Assembly: GCA_963704905.1 (NCBI GenBank) | Contig: CAVPHZ010000001.1 | Coordinates: 579,438-643,437 of the forward strand | Length of the DNA: 64,000 nt | Origin: Candidatus Chisholmbacteria bacterium | GTDB lineage: Bacteria; Patescibacteriota; Microgenomatia; UBA1400; Chisholmbacteraceae | Direction: 5' to 3' | Part shown: positions 51,237 to 61,632 of the stretch, piece after piece | Layout: the number at the start of each line of letters is the position of its first letter | How positions within the stretch are numbered: position 1 is the stretch's first letter | Notes under the pieces: model-generated | Database searches by the model: none | Seen by the model: the letters and a program-made list of their open reading frames with translations, nothing else | What the model was told of the DNA's origin: nothing | Position numbers and translations under genes: made by a program

Positions 51237-51801
51237 ATTCATTCTCCAGTTAAGTTTCATTCTTTTTGTTGCGCTCATTCCGTCATTGGTTATCATCCGT
51301 GTCTTTGAACCTGCCAAAGCTTTGGCTGAAAATTTTAAAGAAAACGATCCGCAAGTGTTTTTGAATCCACTTGTAGCTTTTGTTAATGAGGGAGTTATTG
51401 AGAGAAAGCATGTGAAGGAATCCCCAGTGCTCTTATCAATTCCTGCACATGACTTACAATTGCCTGTTGCTGAAGGAAAGATTAGTGATAAGGTATGGGA
51501 GCTTTATGATGATAAAGTCGCTTGGCTTTCGACGAGTGATGAACCTGGAGAAGGGAATGTTATCCTTTATGCCCATAATCAGAAGCATTTATTTGCACCA
51601 CTTCATGATGTGGAGGTTGGTGAAGAGATTGTAGTTGAGCATGGAGGATGGGAATATCTTTACGAGATTGTTGAGAAGCGTAAGGTTGAACCTTCTGATG
51701 TAGATTCTGTCCTGACTGATCAAGAGCAACTCACTCTATACACTTGCGATGGAACATTTGATCAGCGGCGATTAGTTGTGATTGCACGACCCAAGGCATG
51801 A
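51220..51801 (+). CDS. Sortase-family transpeptidase.
   Basis: Has an N-terminal TM anchor (FILQLSFILFVALIPSLVIIRV). The catalytic His is in 'NVILYAHN' (~51574), the Cys in the TLxTC motif 'LTLYTCDG' (51745-51747) and the Arg in 'RRLVVIARP'. The ORF track allows an earlier start at 51187; 51220 (MSKSTEF) minimises overlap with the upstream gene. Confidence 0.7.
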   Translation: MSKSTEFILQLSFILFVALIPSLVIIRVFEPAKALAENFKENDPQVFLNPLVAFVNEGVIERKHVKESPVLLSIPAHDLQLPVAEGKISDKVWELYDDKVAWLSTSDEPGEGNVILYAHNQKHLFAPLHDVEVGEEIVVEHGGWEYLYEIVEKRKVEPSDVDSVLTDQEQLTLYTCDGTFDQRRLVVIARPKA

Positions 51802-51848
51802 GTTTTTACTTTAGGTGAATTCAAACCGAACTTCGATATAATGGCCTC

Positions 51849-53927
51849 GTGAAACACAGCAGACTTTTTCCTCTTTTTCTGTCAATCTTTTCTATTTGGC
51901 TATTATGGCCAGTAATTCATGCTCAAGGACCTGCGTGGATGGGGTCTGCTGATGGATTCATGCTTGCGAAAGCGAGATTTCTTCAAAACGGTTTTGGATT
52001 AGGAAGTTGGAATCGGTTTTGGTTTCTCGGAATTCCGGGACAGCATATTGGATCTCCATTGTTACCATACTTGCTGGCTATCGGTTTTCGTATCATTGTA
52101 AATCAGCCCATTCGCATGTTTCAGTTGTGGAGACTGATTGTTGTCGTAGGTGTTATTGGATCAGTGAGTGGTATTTATAAACTAACAAGAACGTTCGTTA
52201 GAGAGCCAATGAAGGCTAAAGGTATTGCACAAGCATTGTTTGTTTCGCTTCTTACACTCTCTTTACCTTCCAGCCTTCTTTTTTTTCCACAAGTATTTGG
52301 AATTACCCGTGAATTTGGTTTTGCGAGTTGGTCATTGTTCAGCCCTCTCTATTTGGGAGATGGTCATCGATCGGTCGGATTTGCTGTGATTCTCACTATT
52401 CTGTTTGTTGCAGCACAACTCCTTGAGCGTTGGAATTTACGGACTGCAGTACTTATGAGCGGATTGGTTGGACTTTTGTTACTGATTGATTCTTTAAGCC
52501 TATTGCCTCTTCTGTTGTGGCTGATTGTTGTAATGATGTTTGCCATTTTGCGACACCAGAGGGAAACGAGTGAAATTGCAGAGTATTGCATAAGATTTAT
52601 ATTTATAATCTTCTTCGGCTGTCTCCTGGTTTCATTCTGGTTTACTCCTGGTTATGTACTTAACTTGGTAGGATCACCGTCGTTAGGGGGAAAGTCTTTC
52701 TTATCTGTATCAATAGGTATTGTGCAGAGATACGTTGTCATTCTTCCTATTATTTTTGGCATTCTCATCGGTAAGAAGATGCTCAAGAAATTATCAAATC
52801 TAACACTTCTGGGCTTATTCGGATTCATTATATTTGGGGTAGTAACTCTTGTTTCATACTTTGCTGATCCGGATTTTTGGCAAGATTACACTCGGTTTGG
52901 CCGATCATTGGATTTGAGCATAGCCTTTCTAATAGGAGGCGTTGTTTTCCAGCAAAAAAATATTCGTCGATCGTTTCGACTACTATTCTACTGGCTTCTA
53001 TTGATTGTGCTTATTTATCAGACTATTTCTTTACGTGGGAGCGGGCTGATGAGTGAGGTAGGATCAATTTTTGAGAGTAGTGAGTATCAGGTGGGATCTG
53101 AACTGCAGCAGCTACTTTTGTCGGAATGCAAAACCAGTGAAACCTGTGAAGAGCGAGCATACCTCTCTGGCAGTTCGGCTTTTTGGTTTAATGCTTGGTT
53201 TCCATATGCACAAGTGCGTGGTGGGAGTGAAATGGGTTCATTGAATGATTGGTGGCCACATGGTTCATTTCAAATCCGTGAAGGTCGTACAAGCGACTTG
53301 ACGCGTTTATGGCTTGAGGCGATGGGGGTTGAATTCGTCGTTGTTCACGGTCAGGATTCAGATGAAATATATCATGATTTTCGCCATCCTTCGAAATTCG
53401 ATGAGATGGATGGTTGGGAGGCAACAAGTAAAGGTGAAGGAAATGTCATCTATCAGAATAATAATTCATCCTTTGCTCGAGTTGCTTCTCAGAATCTACT
53501 CTCGATTTCTTCTCCACAACAGGGTGATGATGTTGAGCAACTCCGTCAATATGTTGAGCAGCTTAATCGTCAAGCTAACTTTGAATGGATCACCCAGCGA
53601 GAGTTTGAGATTTTCGCGACGACAACTACAGGAGAAGGTATAAGTGTACCTGTATCCTATTCAGCTTTCTGGAGAATTATCGAAAGTACCGTTCCAGCGA
53701 AGTTAGTCCGAGATCCGTTGGGGTTGATGTTTATACAGCTCGACGGTTCTGGTCCAATTTCAGTTCGATTACGCTATTCACCATTTCCAGATATTTTAAG
53801 CGGTATGGCTTTTACCATTGTTGCTTTTTTCATTCTGCTTCGTAAGCCGAATTTCATTGAAGATACTGGAGACAAGTTCAGGAGCTTTGTAGGTACAGAT
53901 TCGGATATTGATCGCACTGCGCTATAA
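51849..53927 (+). CDS. Large polytopic membrane protein (692 aa) with ~12 TM helices followed by a C-terminal soluble domain. It is a putative GT-C-type glycosyltransferase or polysaccharide-handling protein, family unassigned.
   Basis: Hydropathy was read from the translation. The C-terminal 'VVVHGQDSDEIYHDF...GEGNVIYQNN' is shared with the 734-aa paralogue ('MANGQDSDISRYWL...NGDIIYRVP'). It uses a GTG start with no clear SD, so the start is uncertain. Confidence 0.45.
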   Translation: MKHSRLFPLFLSIFSIWLLWPVIHAQGPAWMGSADGFMLAKARFLQNGFGLGSWNRFWFLGIPGQHIGSPLLPYLLAIGFRIIVNQPIRMFQLWRLIVVVGVIGSVSGIYKLTRTFVREPMKAKGIAQALFVSLLTLSLPSSLLFFPQVFGITREFGFASWSLFSPLYLGDGHRSVGFAVILTILFVAAQLLERWNLRTAVLMSGLVGLLLLIDSLSLLPLLLWLIVVMMFAILRHQRETSEIAEYCIRFIFIIFFGCLLVSFWFTPGYVLNLVGSPSLGGKSFLSVSIGIVQRYVVILPIIFGILIGKKMLKKLSNLTLLGLFGFIIFGVVTLVSYFADPDFWQDYTRFGRSLDLSIAFLIGGVVFQQKNIRRSFRLLFYWLLLIVLIYQTISLRGSGLMSEVGSIFESSEYQVGSELQQLLLSECKTSETCEERAYLSGSSAFWFNAWFPYAQVRGGSEMGSLNDWWPHGSFQIREGRTSDLTRLWLEAMGVEFVVVHGQDSDEIYHDFRHPSKFDEMDGWEATSKGEGNVIYQNNNSSFARVASQNLLSISSPQQGDDVEQLRQYVEQLNRQANFEWITQREFEIFATTTTGEGISVPVSYSAFWRIIESTVPAKLVRDPLGLMFIQLDGSGPISVRLRYSPFPDILSGMAFTIVAFFILLRKPNFIEDTGDKFRSFVGTDSDIDRTAL

Positions 53928-54234
53928 GTAGATTGAAAATTTTGCTTAGAACGATAGTTGTTATTGATTACTATTATAGGTTTCTCTTCATTTTGCGGCT
54001 GTGCGACGATTATAGTTGTTGTAAATGTTATCACTCTTATTCTATTACTGCTATTCGAACGATTTGTGATTTATTGTTAGTGCATCGCTTATTCTGCCAC
54101 TAATTGTAAGTAATGGATGTCTTTGGAATGGCGGAGAAGCATTATTCGTCTAATATTCGGTATTTAGTCTGATTTTAATATGGGATATAGAAATAAACTT
54201 AACTAAGCGGTGATACTATGAAGATTAAGAGAGA

Positions 54235-54747
54235 TTAACTTAGACTACTCGAGGTGTGTGAAGTGATTTGTGATTGTGGTATTGGTGAGAGAGGCTGGCT
54301 TGGTAGATCTTTTGTTCTGGCTCTTTGAAGGAGGATAAAGCTAGCTATAAGAAGTATTGCTATGATTGCAGCCAGGCCTGCAGTGGCTATGTCGCTTTTA
54401 AAACGGCTTTTAGCTGGCTTAGTGGGAGTGATTGTCAAGGTCTGTTTCCTAATAGGTTGTGTTATATGAGATTGATAGATTGGCTTTGCGGTAGAAATAG
54501 TTTTTGGTTTTTGTTCTAACTTTGGTTTTGGTTCAAAAACTTGTGCCATTGGTTGTTTGAGTATATTTTCTAGCTGTTTTCGACCATATCTGCGGTGTCC
54601 ACCCACTGTTCTTCGAGCTGTTAGCTTTCCCCTTTTTTCCCATCGTCTAAGAGTGTCTTTTGAGACACCCAAATATTCTGCTGCTTCTGCGATTGAAAGC
54701 CACTGTCTGGTGCCAAAAGGGATTATTTTCACAGGTTGTTTCTTCAT
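54235..54747 (-). CDS. Membrane-tethered DNA-binding protein with an N-terminal excisionase/MerR-type helix-turn-helix, a low-complexity linker and a single C-terminal TM helix.
   Basis: 'WLSIAEAAEYLGVSKDTLRRWEKRGKL' is the classic excisionase-family HTH signature. The TM helix is 'IATAGLAAIIAILLIASFILL'. The linker is Pro/Lys/Thr-rich. Confidence 0.55.
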   Translation of the reverse strand: MKKQPVKIIPFGTRQWLSIAEAAEYLGVSKDTLRRWEKRGKLTARRTVGGHRRYGRKQLENILKQPMAQVFEPKPKLEQKPKTISTAKPIYQSHITQPIRKQTLTITPTKPAKSRFKSDIATAGLAAIIAILLIASFILLQRARTKDLPSQPLSPIPQSQITSHTSSSLS

Positions 54748-55648
54748 ACTATTGTAGACTTATGCATATCATTATATAAGTACGTTGTAGGTATCATACA
54801 AAGAAATTACATCACTGTCAATCATTTTTTCCAGGTGAGTATTTCATCCCATTGCAGGTATCACGTCTTCTTAGACAATACTTTTATTTTAGATAAATAT
54901 CTTTAGAATTGCTAGATTATCAGGTGAAATATAACTGAGACATTTTTCACAGAAGTGATGTATATCATCCACCTGAAAAGCTATCGTGAAATTAGCGACA
55001 ATATCTAAGAGTATGTTCGCTTGTGACGCTAACTACATCTGGTTCGCACTCTCTATAATTATCTGATTGAAGTTTGAACTTCATATATCGTCCCTATCCA
55101 TCAATTAAACTTGACTAGTTAATAGACAAGACAATATTACCTCTGGGATTGAAAATAATACAATGAAGATAATGTTGGAAATAGGAAAAAAAGGATAGCA
55201 ACATCGCTTACAGAAGTATTAGTGAAAATGCGGTCATTGTTTAATTTAAAATCGTGAGTCGGAATATATTTAGTTGGCTGTGATCATCATTTATTGACTC
55301 AGTCTTGACCTACAGATATCCTGACTAAAGGAAGTTTTATAATATATCAATATATAACATAAAGAATCAATTCACTTAACCGACTAATAATTTGGTTTTG
55401 TTGTGGCAAAAGTGATGTAAATTATGAATTACTCAAGTTGCATACTAATGCACAGGAATGAAGTAGATGTGACACATTGTTTGATTATTTTAGATGATCG
55501 TGAAAACCATCTAATACTAAGCAATATAACAAATAATACAGGTTCTATCTAATATTTACTTAAAGCAGGATTACATCATTAAAGCTAAAAATTTGATAGA
55601 TTTATACTAATGAAACGTACAATACAAAAAATTGAAAAATGAAACAAG

Positions 55649-56884
55649 ATGGTTTCTAAAGAAAATACTATACGATTGAAATTGAAAGAGAATCTATTTG
55701 TGGGATCTCTGGTTGCCATGAACGTGGTACTCGTATGGCAATATTTTAATCAACCGTTTCCGTACGTGTTTTCTGCGCCGCTCATTCCAGTATCCGTCGA
55801 TTTCGTGAGACGTTTTGGAGCTGATATAGATTCGGCTGCTCGGATGATGCTTTTTGGTTTTTATATCTTTGGTCCAACTACACTTTATTACCTTGTTCGA
55901 AATGTCACGGGTCGACGAATGAGTGCGGCGTTTGCAGCAGTCCTATACTCACTGCCAATTTTTCGCGCACGATTGGAAGCTATGACACTTCTTGGAGATG
56001 GAGCACATATTGCATCACTTACGGTTATTCCGCTTGCGGTAATGTGGTATTTAAAATATATACGGACGGGAAAATACATTGTTTCTATTATTGCTGGTGC
56101 TTTTCTTTTGCTGGTGTCGCTCATCAGTCCATTTGGATTTTTTGTACTTCTGGGGATACTTGCGGTAATTACATTCTCTGAAATGCTTCTCGGTTCAGGA
56201 AGAACCAAGGCGATACGACTTATATGGGTGATACTTGTTGCCTTGGGTTTTTCTGCCTTTTGGTATAACCCATCTTTTATTCAAGCTAATTTTACTTCTA
56301 CATCTGGAAGAGCGGTTGTTGCTGCGGTAAATAATCTTATTCCGATCTCATTTGTTGTGTTACCAGTCTTGGCTACGTTTGGATATCTGATTTTTGATAA
56401 GCGCGCACATCTTCAACCCCTATTTATTGCATTGGGAATGACAATCCTTTTTGGACTTATATCGTTTGCTGGGGGATTAGCGCCGTTTGCTGTATCTGCT
56501 CAACGCCGGTATCTATCTGAGCTCCTTCTTTCTCTGGCGTTTCTCTGGGGAGTTGTTGGTACATTTGTATATGACATGATTGGTGTTATTCCAGCTTCAG
56601 AGTATTTTCCAGTATCCATGGAGAAACGTAAGACGATTCAACGCTCTCTAGTTATTTTGATGATTGTTATTTCAATTGCTGTTATTTTACTTGTGCCGTT
56701 TGAGATCTCCTCGAGAAGGGGAGATGACTTTCTCGACGAGGGTGTGATTGAGGCATCAGTTTATGAGGTTGTGCGAGTGAGGTCTTCGTCTAGCACGTTT
56801 TCGACTGTTGTTGGATATGGTATTAGCGGATTAACAGTTCTTGGTTTGGTCGGTTTGTATCGGTGGGTGCTGAGGCGTTCTTGA
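55649..56884 (+). CDS. Polytopic membrane protein (411 aa, ~10 TM). It is paralogous to the N-terminal membrane domains of the neighbouring 692- and 734-aa proteins but lacks their C-terminal soluble domain.
   Basis: Hydrophobic helices run throughout. The arrangement resembles the N-terminal region of 56959..59163. Confidence 0.45.
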   Translation: MVSKENTIRLKLKENLFVGSLVAMNVVLVWQYFNQPFPYVFSAPLIPVSVDFVRRFGADIDSAARMMLFGFYIFGPTTLYYLVRNVTGRRMSAAFAAVLYSLPIFRARLEAMTLLGDGAHIASLTVIPLAVMWYLKYIRTGKYIVSIIAGAFLLLVSLISPFGFFVLLGILAVITFSEMLLGSGRTKAIRLIWVILVALGFSAFWYNPSFIQANFTSTSGRAVVAAVNNLIPISFVVLPVLATFGYLIFDKRAHLQPLFIALGMTILFGLISFAGGLAPFAVSAQRRYLSELLLSLAFLWGVVGTFVYDMIGVIPASEYFPVSMEKRKTIQRSLVILMIVISIAVILLVPFEISSRRGDDFLDEGVIEASVYEVVRVRSSSSTFSTVVGYGISGLTVLGLVGLYRWVLRRS

Positions 56885-56958
56885 TTGGAGAACGTGTATA
56901 CATAGGTTGAGTCTTACAGAGGATTGAGTCTCTCAAGTTTTGATGGTTCAATAGTCAC

Positions 56959-59163
56959 ATGCCTCGAAATTCATTATTGAGCAAACCCACTGTAAAGAGA
57001 TTTTCTGTGTTGTTCAATAGATTAGGTCGATTGCTCGTTGGGTTTATAGCAGCAGCTGTCATTGGCTATCTCAACTGGATGGTTATCCATGGCTGGTTTG
57101 GCGGTGAAGGTCCAGCAAATATTGGTTCGATTGAGGTGTCGTATGTTTCCATGGCGAGATTTTTGGTGGACTTTGGCTACAAAACATGGGCACCGTTCTG
57201 GTACTTTGGTTTTCCATTTCATCTTTTTTATACACCTTTGTTACCATTTCTTGAAGCAATACTTCACAACGCTCTTGGTTGGCATCTTTGGGAAGCGTAT
57301 CGGTTTATCACTGGATTTGCTTATATTTTGGCTCCGATTTCTGTGTTTATTTTAGGGTGGGTGCTCTCTGAAAGGTTTATTGGCGGCTTTGTCAGCGGAA
57401 TTCTATACTCAGTGGTCCCAACGCTTTATTACTTCATCTTGCCTGGAACGAGGGATTCTGTTTATGGAGAAGTAGCTGCAGATCGGTTTTCAGCTACATT
57501 TTGGGATCCACGCCGATTTACAATTTTGATCCGATGGGGTGAAGGTCCACACACATTATCTCTGGTGTTTTTACCTCTGGTGGGTGCTCTCTTCATGCTT
57601 TCTCTAAAGAGGCGGAAGTTTTGGTTACTTGTTCTGGCATCTCTGTTTTTTGTACTCACAGCTCTTTCCAATGCTTTAGGAATGCTGGGGGCAGTGATTT
57701 TGGCTTTATCAATAGCATTTGTCCATTTTGCTCGAGAGTCTAAAGATCACATTCGCACAGCTACTTGGACGGTTTTGCTGTTGGTGATGGGACTAGGCTT
57801 GGCATCATTTTGGTATAACTTGTCATTTATAATGAATTTCTTTGCTGAGGGAGGTGGAGCAGCCTCGATTTACCTATCTCTATTTCCTTGGGGTTGGTTG
57901 GCTTTTGCACTTGCAGTCGTGATTCTTTATTTTGTAACCGGTAAACTTCTCAAAGATTGGGGTTTTGCTTCATCTTTGATCTGGTTCTTAGCTCTCTTTT
58001 TTGTGGTTTATGTTTTCTATTCCTCTGCACCACCAGAGCTTTCGAATCAGCGGATTGAGCTACTTCCACAAGCCTTGCGTTATATCACTCAGGTTGATCT
58101 GGCTTTCTCAGTGCTGGTTGGAGTAACAATTGCATGGGCACTCAAGTTCATTGGTCGGCGGTTTTTACTTGTGGAACGTATTCTTTCTCTAATTCTTGCC
58201 GGAGTAAGTTTATATGCATTTATCTATATCCAACCGTTTCTTACCACATCGTACAATGTCTCAAATACTGTCGTTGACTTAAGTCAAACGAGAGAGGAAA
58301 CAATTGCTACTCTTCTTGAGAAGAACGTGGATCCAATCAAAGGTGAGCGAGTATTTCTGCCTGGAAATTATGGTTTTTACTTGAATTGGTTTACAAATGT
58401 CTGGCAACACAGAGGCGGTTTGTTTCAGGCTGCAACCCATCCTTGGCCAGACCATGTGCATTATCAGATGGCAAATGGGCAAGATAGTGACATTTCCAGA
58501 TATTGGCTCAAGGCAATTAATGCCAAATATATTGTCATTCCTACTCCGGAATCTCAAGAGCTTTATAAAGAGATAAAAAATCAAGAGCGGTTTGAGGATT
58601 TTGAAAAAGTCTATGAGAAGAATGGAGATATCATCTATCGAGTGCCGCTTCTGCGCCCATCCATTGCAAAACCGGTTGATGAGAATGCGATGATTTCTCT
58701 GGTAACACCAGAGAAAGGAGATGATGAGGAAGCGTTACAAGAATACGTTCGGTGGGTTGAGCGATCTTCAGAAACAGAGGCACGCTTTGAAATGGTTGAT
58801 CATGACCATTATGTTCTTTCAGGTTCGCTTGAGGAGGGGGAAGTATTACTGGTTCAAATGACAGCTGACTCAGGATGGAGTGCCATGCGTCGTAATGCTC
58901 CTCAGGGTACACGAGTTAAAGTGAAGACAGGGAAAGATCCTTTAGGATTTTTGGTTCTTTATCCTGATCCAGGGGATTTTGAGATTGAACTTACTCATTC
59001 TACAACTTGGCAACTCTGGCTTGGGTATCTTACAACCTTTATGACGATAGGATTCATCTTTTGGTACGGTTGGGCTTCTCGAAGATTTGCCAAAGGTGTT
59101 GAGAAACTAAAAGCTAGTAAAGCCAAGAGGGATGCAGACAAACGAGAAACAGGTAAAAAATGA
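56959..59163 (+). CDS. Large polytopic membrane protein (734 aa) with a C-terminal soluble domain. It is a putative GT-C-type glycosyltransferase-like protein and a paralogue of 51849..53927.
   Basis: Has ~12 predicted TM helices, then a soluble domain containing the 'GQDSD' block shared with the 692-aa protein. The C-terminus has an extra amphipathic/TM segment (LWLGYLTTFMTIGFIFWYGW) and a basic tail. Confidence 0.45.
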   Translation: MPRNSLLSKPTVKRFSVLFNRLGRLLVGFIAAAVIGYLNWMVIHGWFGGEGPANIGSIEVSYVSMARFLVDFGYKTWAPFWYFGFPFHLFYTPLLPFLEAILHNALGWHLWEAYRFITGFAYILAPISVFILGWVLSERFIGGFVSGILYSVVPTLYYFILPGTRDSVYGEVAADRFSATFWDPRRFTILIRWGEGPHTLSLVFLPLVGALFMLSLKRRKFWLLVLASLFFVLTALSNALGMLGAVILALSIAFVHFARESKDHIRTATWTVLLLVMGLGLASFWYNLSFIMNFFAEGGGAASIYLSLFPWGWLAFALAVVILYFVTGKLLKDWGFASSLIWFLALFFVVYVFYSSAPPELSNQRIELLPQALRYITQVDLAFSVLVGVTIAWALKFIGRRFLLVERILSLILAGVSLYAFIYIQPFLTTSYNVSNTVVDLSQTREETIATLLEKNVDPIKGERVFLPGNYGFYLNWFTNVWQHRGGLFQAATHPWPDHVHYQMANGQDSDISRYWLKAINAKYIVIPTPESQELYKEIKNQERFEDFEKVYEKNGDIIYRVPLLRPSIAKPVDENAMISLVTPEKGDDEEALQEYVRWVERSSETEARFEMVDHDHYVLSGSLEEGEVLLVQMTADSGWSAMRRNAPQGTRVKVKTGKDPLGFLVLYPDPGDFEIELTHSTTWQLWLGYLTTFMTIGFIFWYGWASRRFAKGVEKLKASKAKRDADKRETGKK

Positions 59164-60183
59164 ACCGCTCTTTACCTCAGGTATCTGCGATTATTGTCAC
59201 CTACAATAATAAGAGGTGGCTTATGAAATGTATTCCCTCTCTTCTTAAACAGACGTATGGAAATCTTGAGGTCATTGTTGTTGACAATGCTTCCGTTGAT
59301 GGTGCGAGTGCTTTGGTTAAAGAGCACTTTCCTGAGGTGAAAGTAGTCATTGTTGATGAGAATCGCGGTTTTGGTTCCGGTTGTAATGCAGGTGCTCAAG
59401 ATGCTCGAGGGAGGTATCTTCTCTTTTGTAATGAAGATATGGTTTTTGATAAGAACTACGTCAAGACTCTGGTAAGGGAGCTTGAGATTGATCCTCTCAT
59501 TGGAGTTGCGACAAGGAACAACGCATGCTTACACCGAATCCAAAACAGGGATAGAGAATCAGAGGACTATTCAGTCACGGGGACTACTGTTTAATTACAC
59601 AGGAGTTTTGGTTGGAAGTGGACAGAAAGTGGAAAATCAGGAAAATGATGGCGATATTTTTGCTGCAACTGTACCATTTATTATAAGAAAGATTACTTAT
59701 GATCGGGTTAAGGGATTTGATGAAGACTTCTTTCTATATTTTGAAGAAGTTGATCTTTGTTGGAGGGTTTGGTTAGCTGGAAAGCGTGTGACTTTTGTTC
59801 CCCAGGCAAAAGCTATGCATGTCGGTGGAGTATCTACCGGTAAGCTTTCTTCCTCGAGTGTAGTTGAATTTACACTGCGTAATAGACTTCAATCGTATCT
59901 TATTAATCTTGGAGCACTTCGTCTACCTATCGCTTTACTTATGCAACTGCTAATGGGAGCGCTGGCTGTGGTTATCCTTCTACTTCGAACTAAAATCACT
60001 CTTTCATTTGCAGTGGCGCGAGCGTTTGCATGGAACTTATGGCACTTACCTCGTAGTCTTAGCAAGCGAACTCAGGTACAAAAGAGCCGATTGGTTGAAG
60101 ACCGTGATTTTCTATTGCGAGTGACGGGTCCGATTCCGCTAAACAAGCTTCTTTTTCTTGTCGGGTTTCGTACGAGTCTGTGA
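59160..60183 (+). pseudogene. Family-2 glycosyltransferase (GT-A fold, rhamnosyltransferase-like) split into two overlapping ORFs (59160..59594 and 59482..60183) by a frameshift. It is either a pseudogene or a sequencing error.
   Basis: The N-terminal ORF has 'VSAIIVTYNNKRWLMKCIPSLLKQTY...EVIVVDNASVDGASALV...NRGFGSGCNAGAQDARGRYLLFCNEDMVF'. The C-terminal ORF continues with 'IQSRGLLFNYTG...GFDEDFFLYFEEVDLCWRVWLAGKRVTFVPQAKAMHVGG' in frame +1. The junction is between ~59505 and 59575. Its start overlaps the stop of the upstream gene (ATGA). Confidence 0.55.
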
Positions 60184-60266
60184 GTTTGGAGATAATTGGA
60201 AAATGTTTTTTGTTTCGTTTCCAGGCTAGGATGAGTATTAATGGACCGATATCAATCCCCAATGAT

Positions 60267-61196
60267 CTACTTTGATCTATTCATTTCTCTCTTGAGGAAA
60301 TATGTTAATCCTTGTTCAATGGTGACCCGCGAATTCCAATGAAGCATGGTTCTTGCTTTTAGAGTGTCAGCGGATTTGAAGCGTTCTTCCCATTGCGCGC
60401 GCGGATTGGGGATGACGTGTTTTGTTTTGCCGCCGATGATATCTGCAAGCTGATTGATGCTGGTTGGATGTCCACTGCCGATGTTGATGATTTCACCTTT
60501 GAAGTTTTTCTTCCTTTTTACCGCGAGTATTGAGGCTGTGATTACATCTGTAACGTGGGTAAAGTCGCGGGTTTGTTTTCCATCACCGTAGATGGTGAGC
60601 GGATGTCCTTGCTTTTTTTGTTCAAGAAAAATAGGAATGACGAGTTTATATGCTCCAGTAGTGGGCATCCTCGGTCCATAGACGTTAAAGTAACGGAGGA
60701 TGACTGTATCAATCAGATACATTTTCCCAAGTACTTGGACGTAGATCTCTGACATGCGCTTTTGTGCTGCATAGGGTGATTCTGGTTTGCACGGATGGCT
60801 TTCTTTAACAGGGAGATCTTGATTATTAATTTTTCCATACACTGAGGAGGAAGAACTGTATACAAATCTTTTTATCCCTGCATCTGACGTTGCTTTGAGG
60901 ACATTGACTGTTGCTGTCACGTTGGCGTCGTGAGTTTTCTTGGGATGATCGAAGGAGCGCTCGATTCTTGGTAATGCGGCCAGATGAAAGACGCTATCTG
61001 CTTTGGGAAACTTGACTGGGTCGATTAAATCAGTCTTGACGAATTTTGCCTTGGGATTTAGATTTTCTTTTTTTCCGGTGGAGAGATTGTCGTAAATAAT
61101 CACACTATGGCCGAGGTTGATTAGCGTATCAACTAGGTGACTGCCAATGAAGCCTGCACCTCCGGTAACGATGATTGTTTGCTTAGGTTTGCTCAT
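60267..61196 (-). CDS. NAD-dependent epimerase/dehydratase (extended SDR; UDP-sugar 4-epimerase / UDP-glucuronate decarboxylase-like).
   Basis: It has the N-terminal Rossmann motif 'TGGAGFIGSHLV', the catalytic 'YAAQK' (YxxxK) and the 'SSSSVYG' block. Confidence 0.75.
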   Translation of the reverse strand: MSKPKQTIIVTGGAGFIGSHLVDTLINLGHSVIIYDNLSTGKKENLNPKAKFVKTDLIDPVKFPKADSVFHLAALPRIERSFDHPKKTHDANVTATVNVLKATSDAGIKRFVYSSSSSVYGKINNQDLPVKESHPCKPESPYAAQKRMSEIYVQVLGKMYLIDTVILRYFNVYGPRMPTTGAYKLVIPIFLEQKKQGHPLTIYGDGKQTRDFTHVTDVITASILAVKRKKNFKGEIINIGSGHPTSINQLADIIGGKTKHVIPNPRAQWEERFKSADTLKARTMLHWNSRVTIEQGLTYFLKREMNRSK

Positions 61197-61632
61197 ATTT
61201 TATTTGTTCCTTCTTTGTTTAGGAAAACAAGGAACCAAGAAAGCCTAACCCAATGACCGGTCTTTCAAGAGAGCATTTCGCTCAAGTTATACGATCTAAT
61301 TCCTCGGTATAAACCCTCGTCGAACAGGCGATCGTTTCATATCGATTTCGTTACATGTTCTCTTTATTAGTTGCGGTCAGAGGGTGTAATTCAGTACTTA
61401 ATTTCAATAACCAATTCTGATTTTGAAGTATAGCTTATCAAGGGAGGAGAGGCAATTTTTTTGATTTTTTTTCTGCTTGGTTCTTGAATAGCTGTGCTGG
61501 AATATTTAAGTCTGCTTATTTGTCACAGACGTATTACTTGGTGTAGTTGGTGTGTTAATATGATGATCATGACTAGCACTTCAGGTGGGTATCTATGATT
61601 AATAGTCACGTTTTTATTGAGTACTAACTTTT

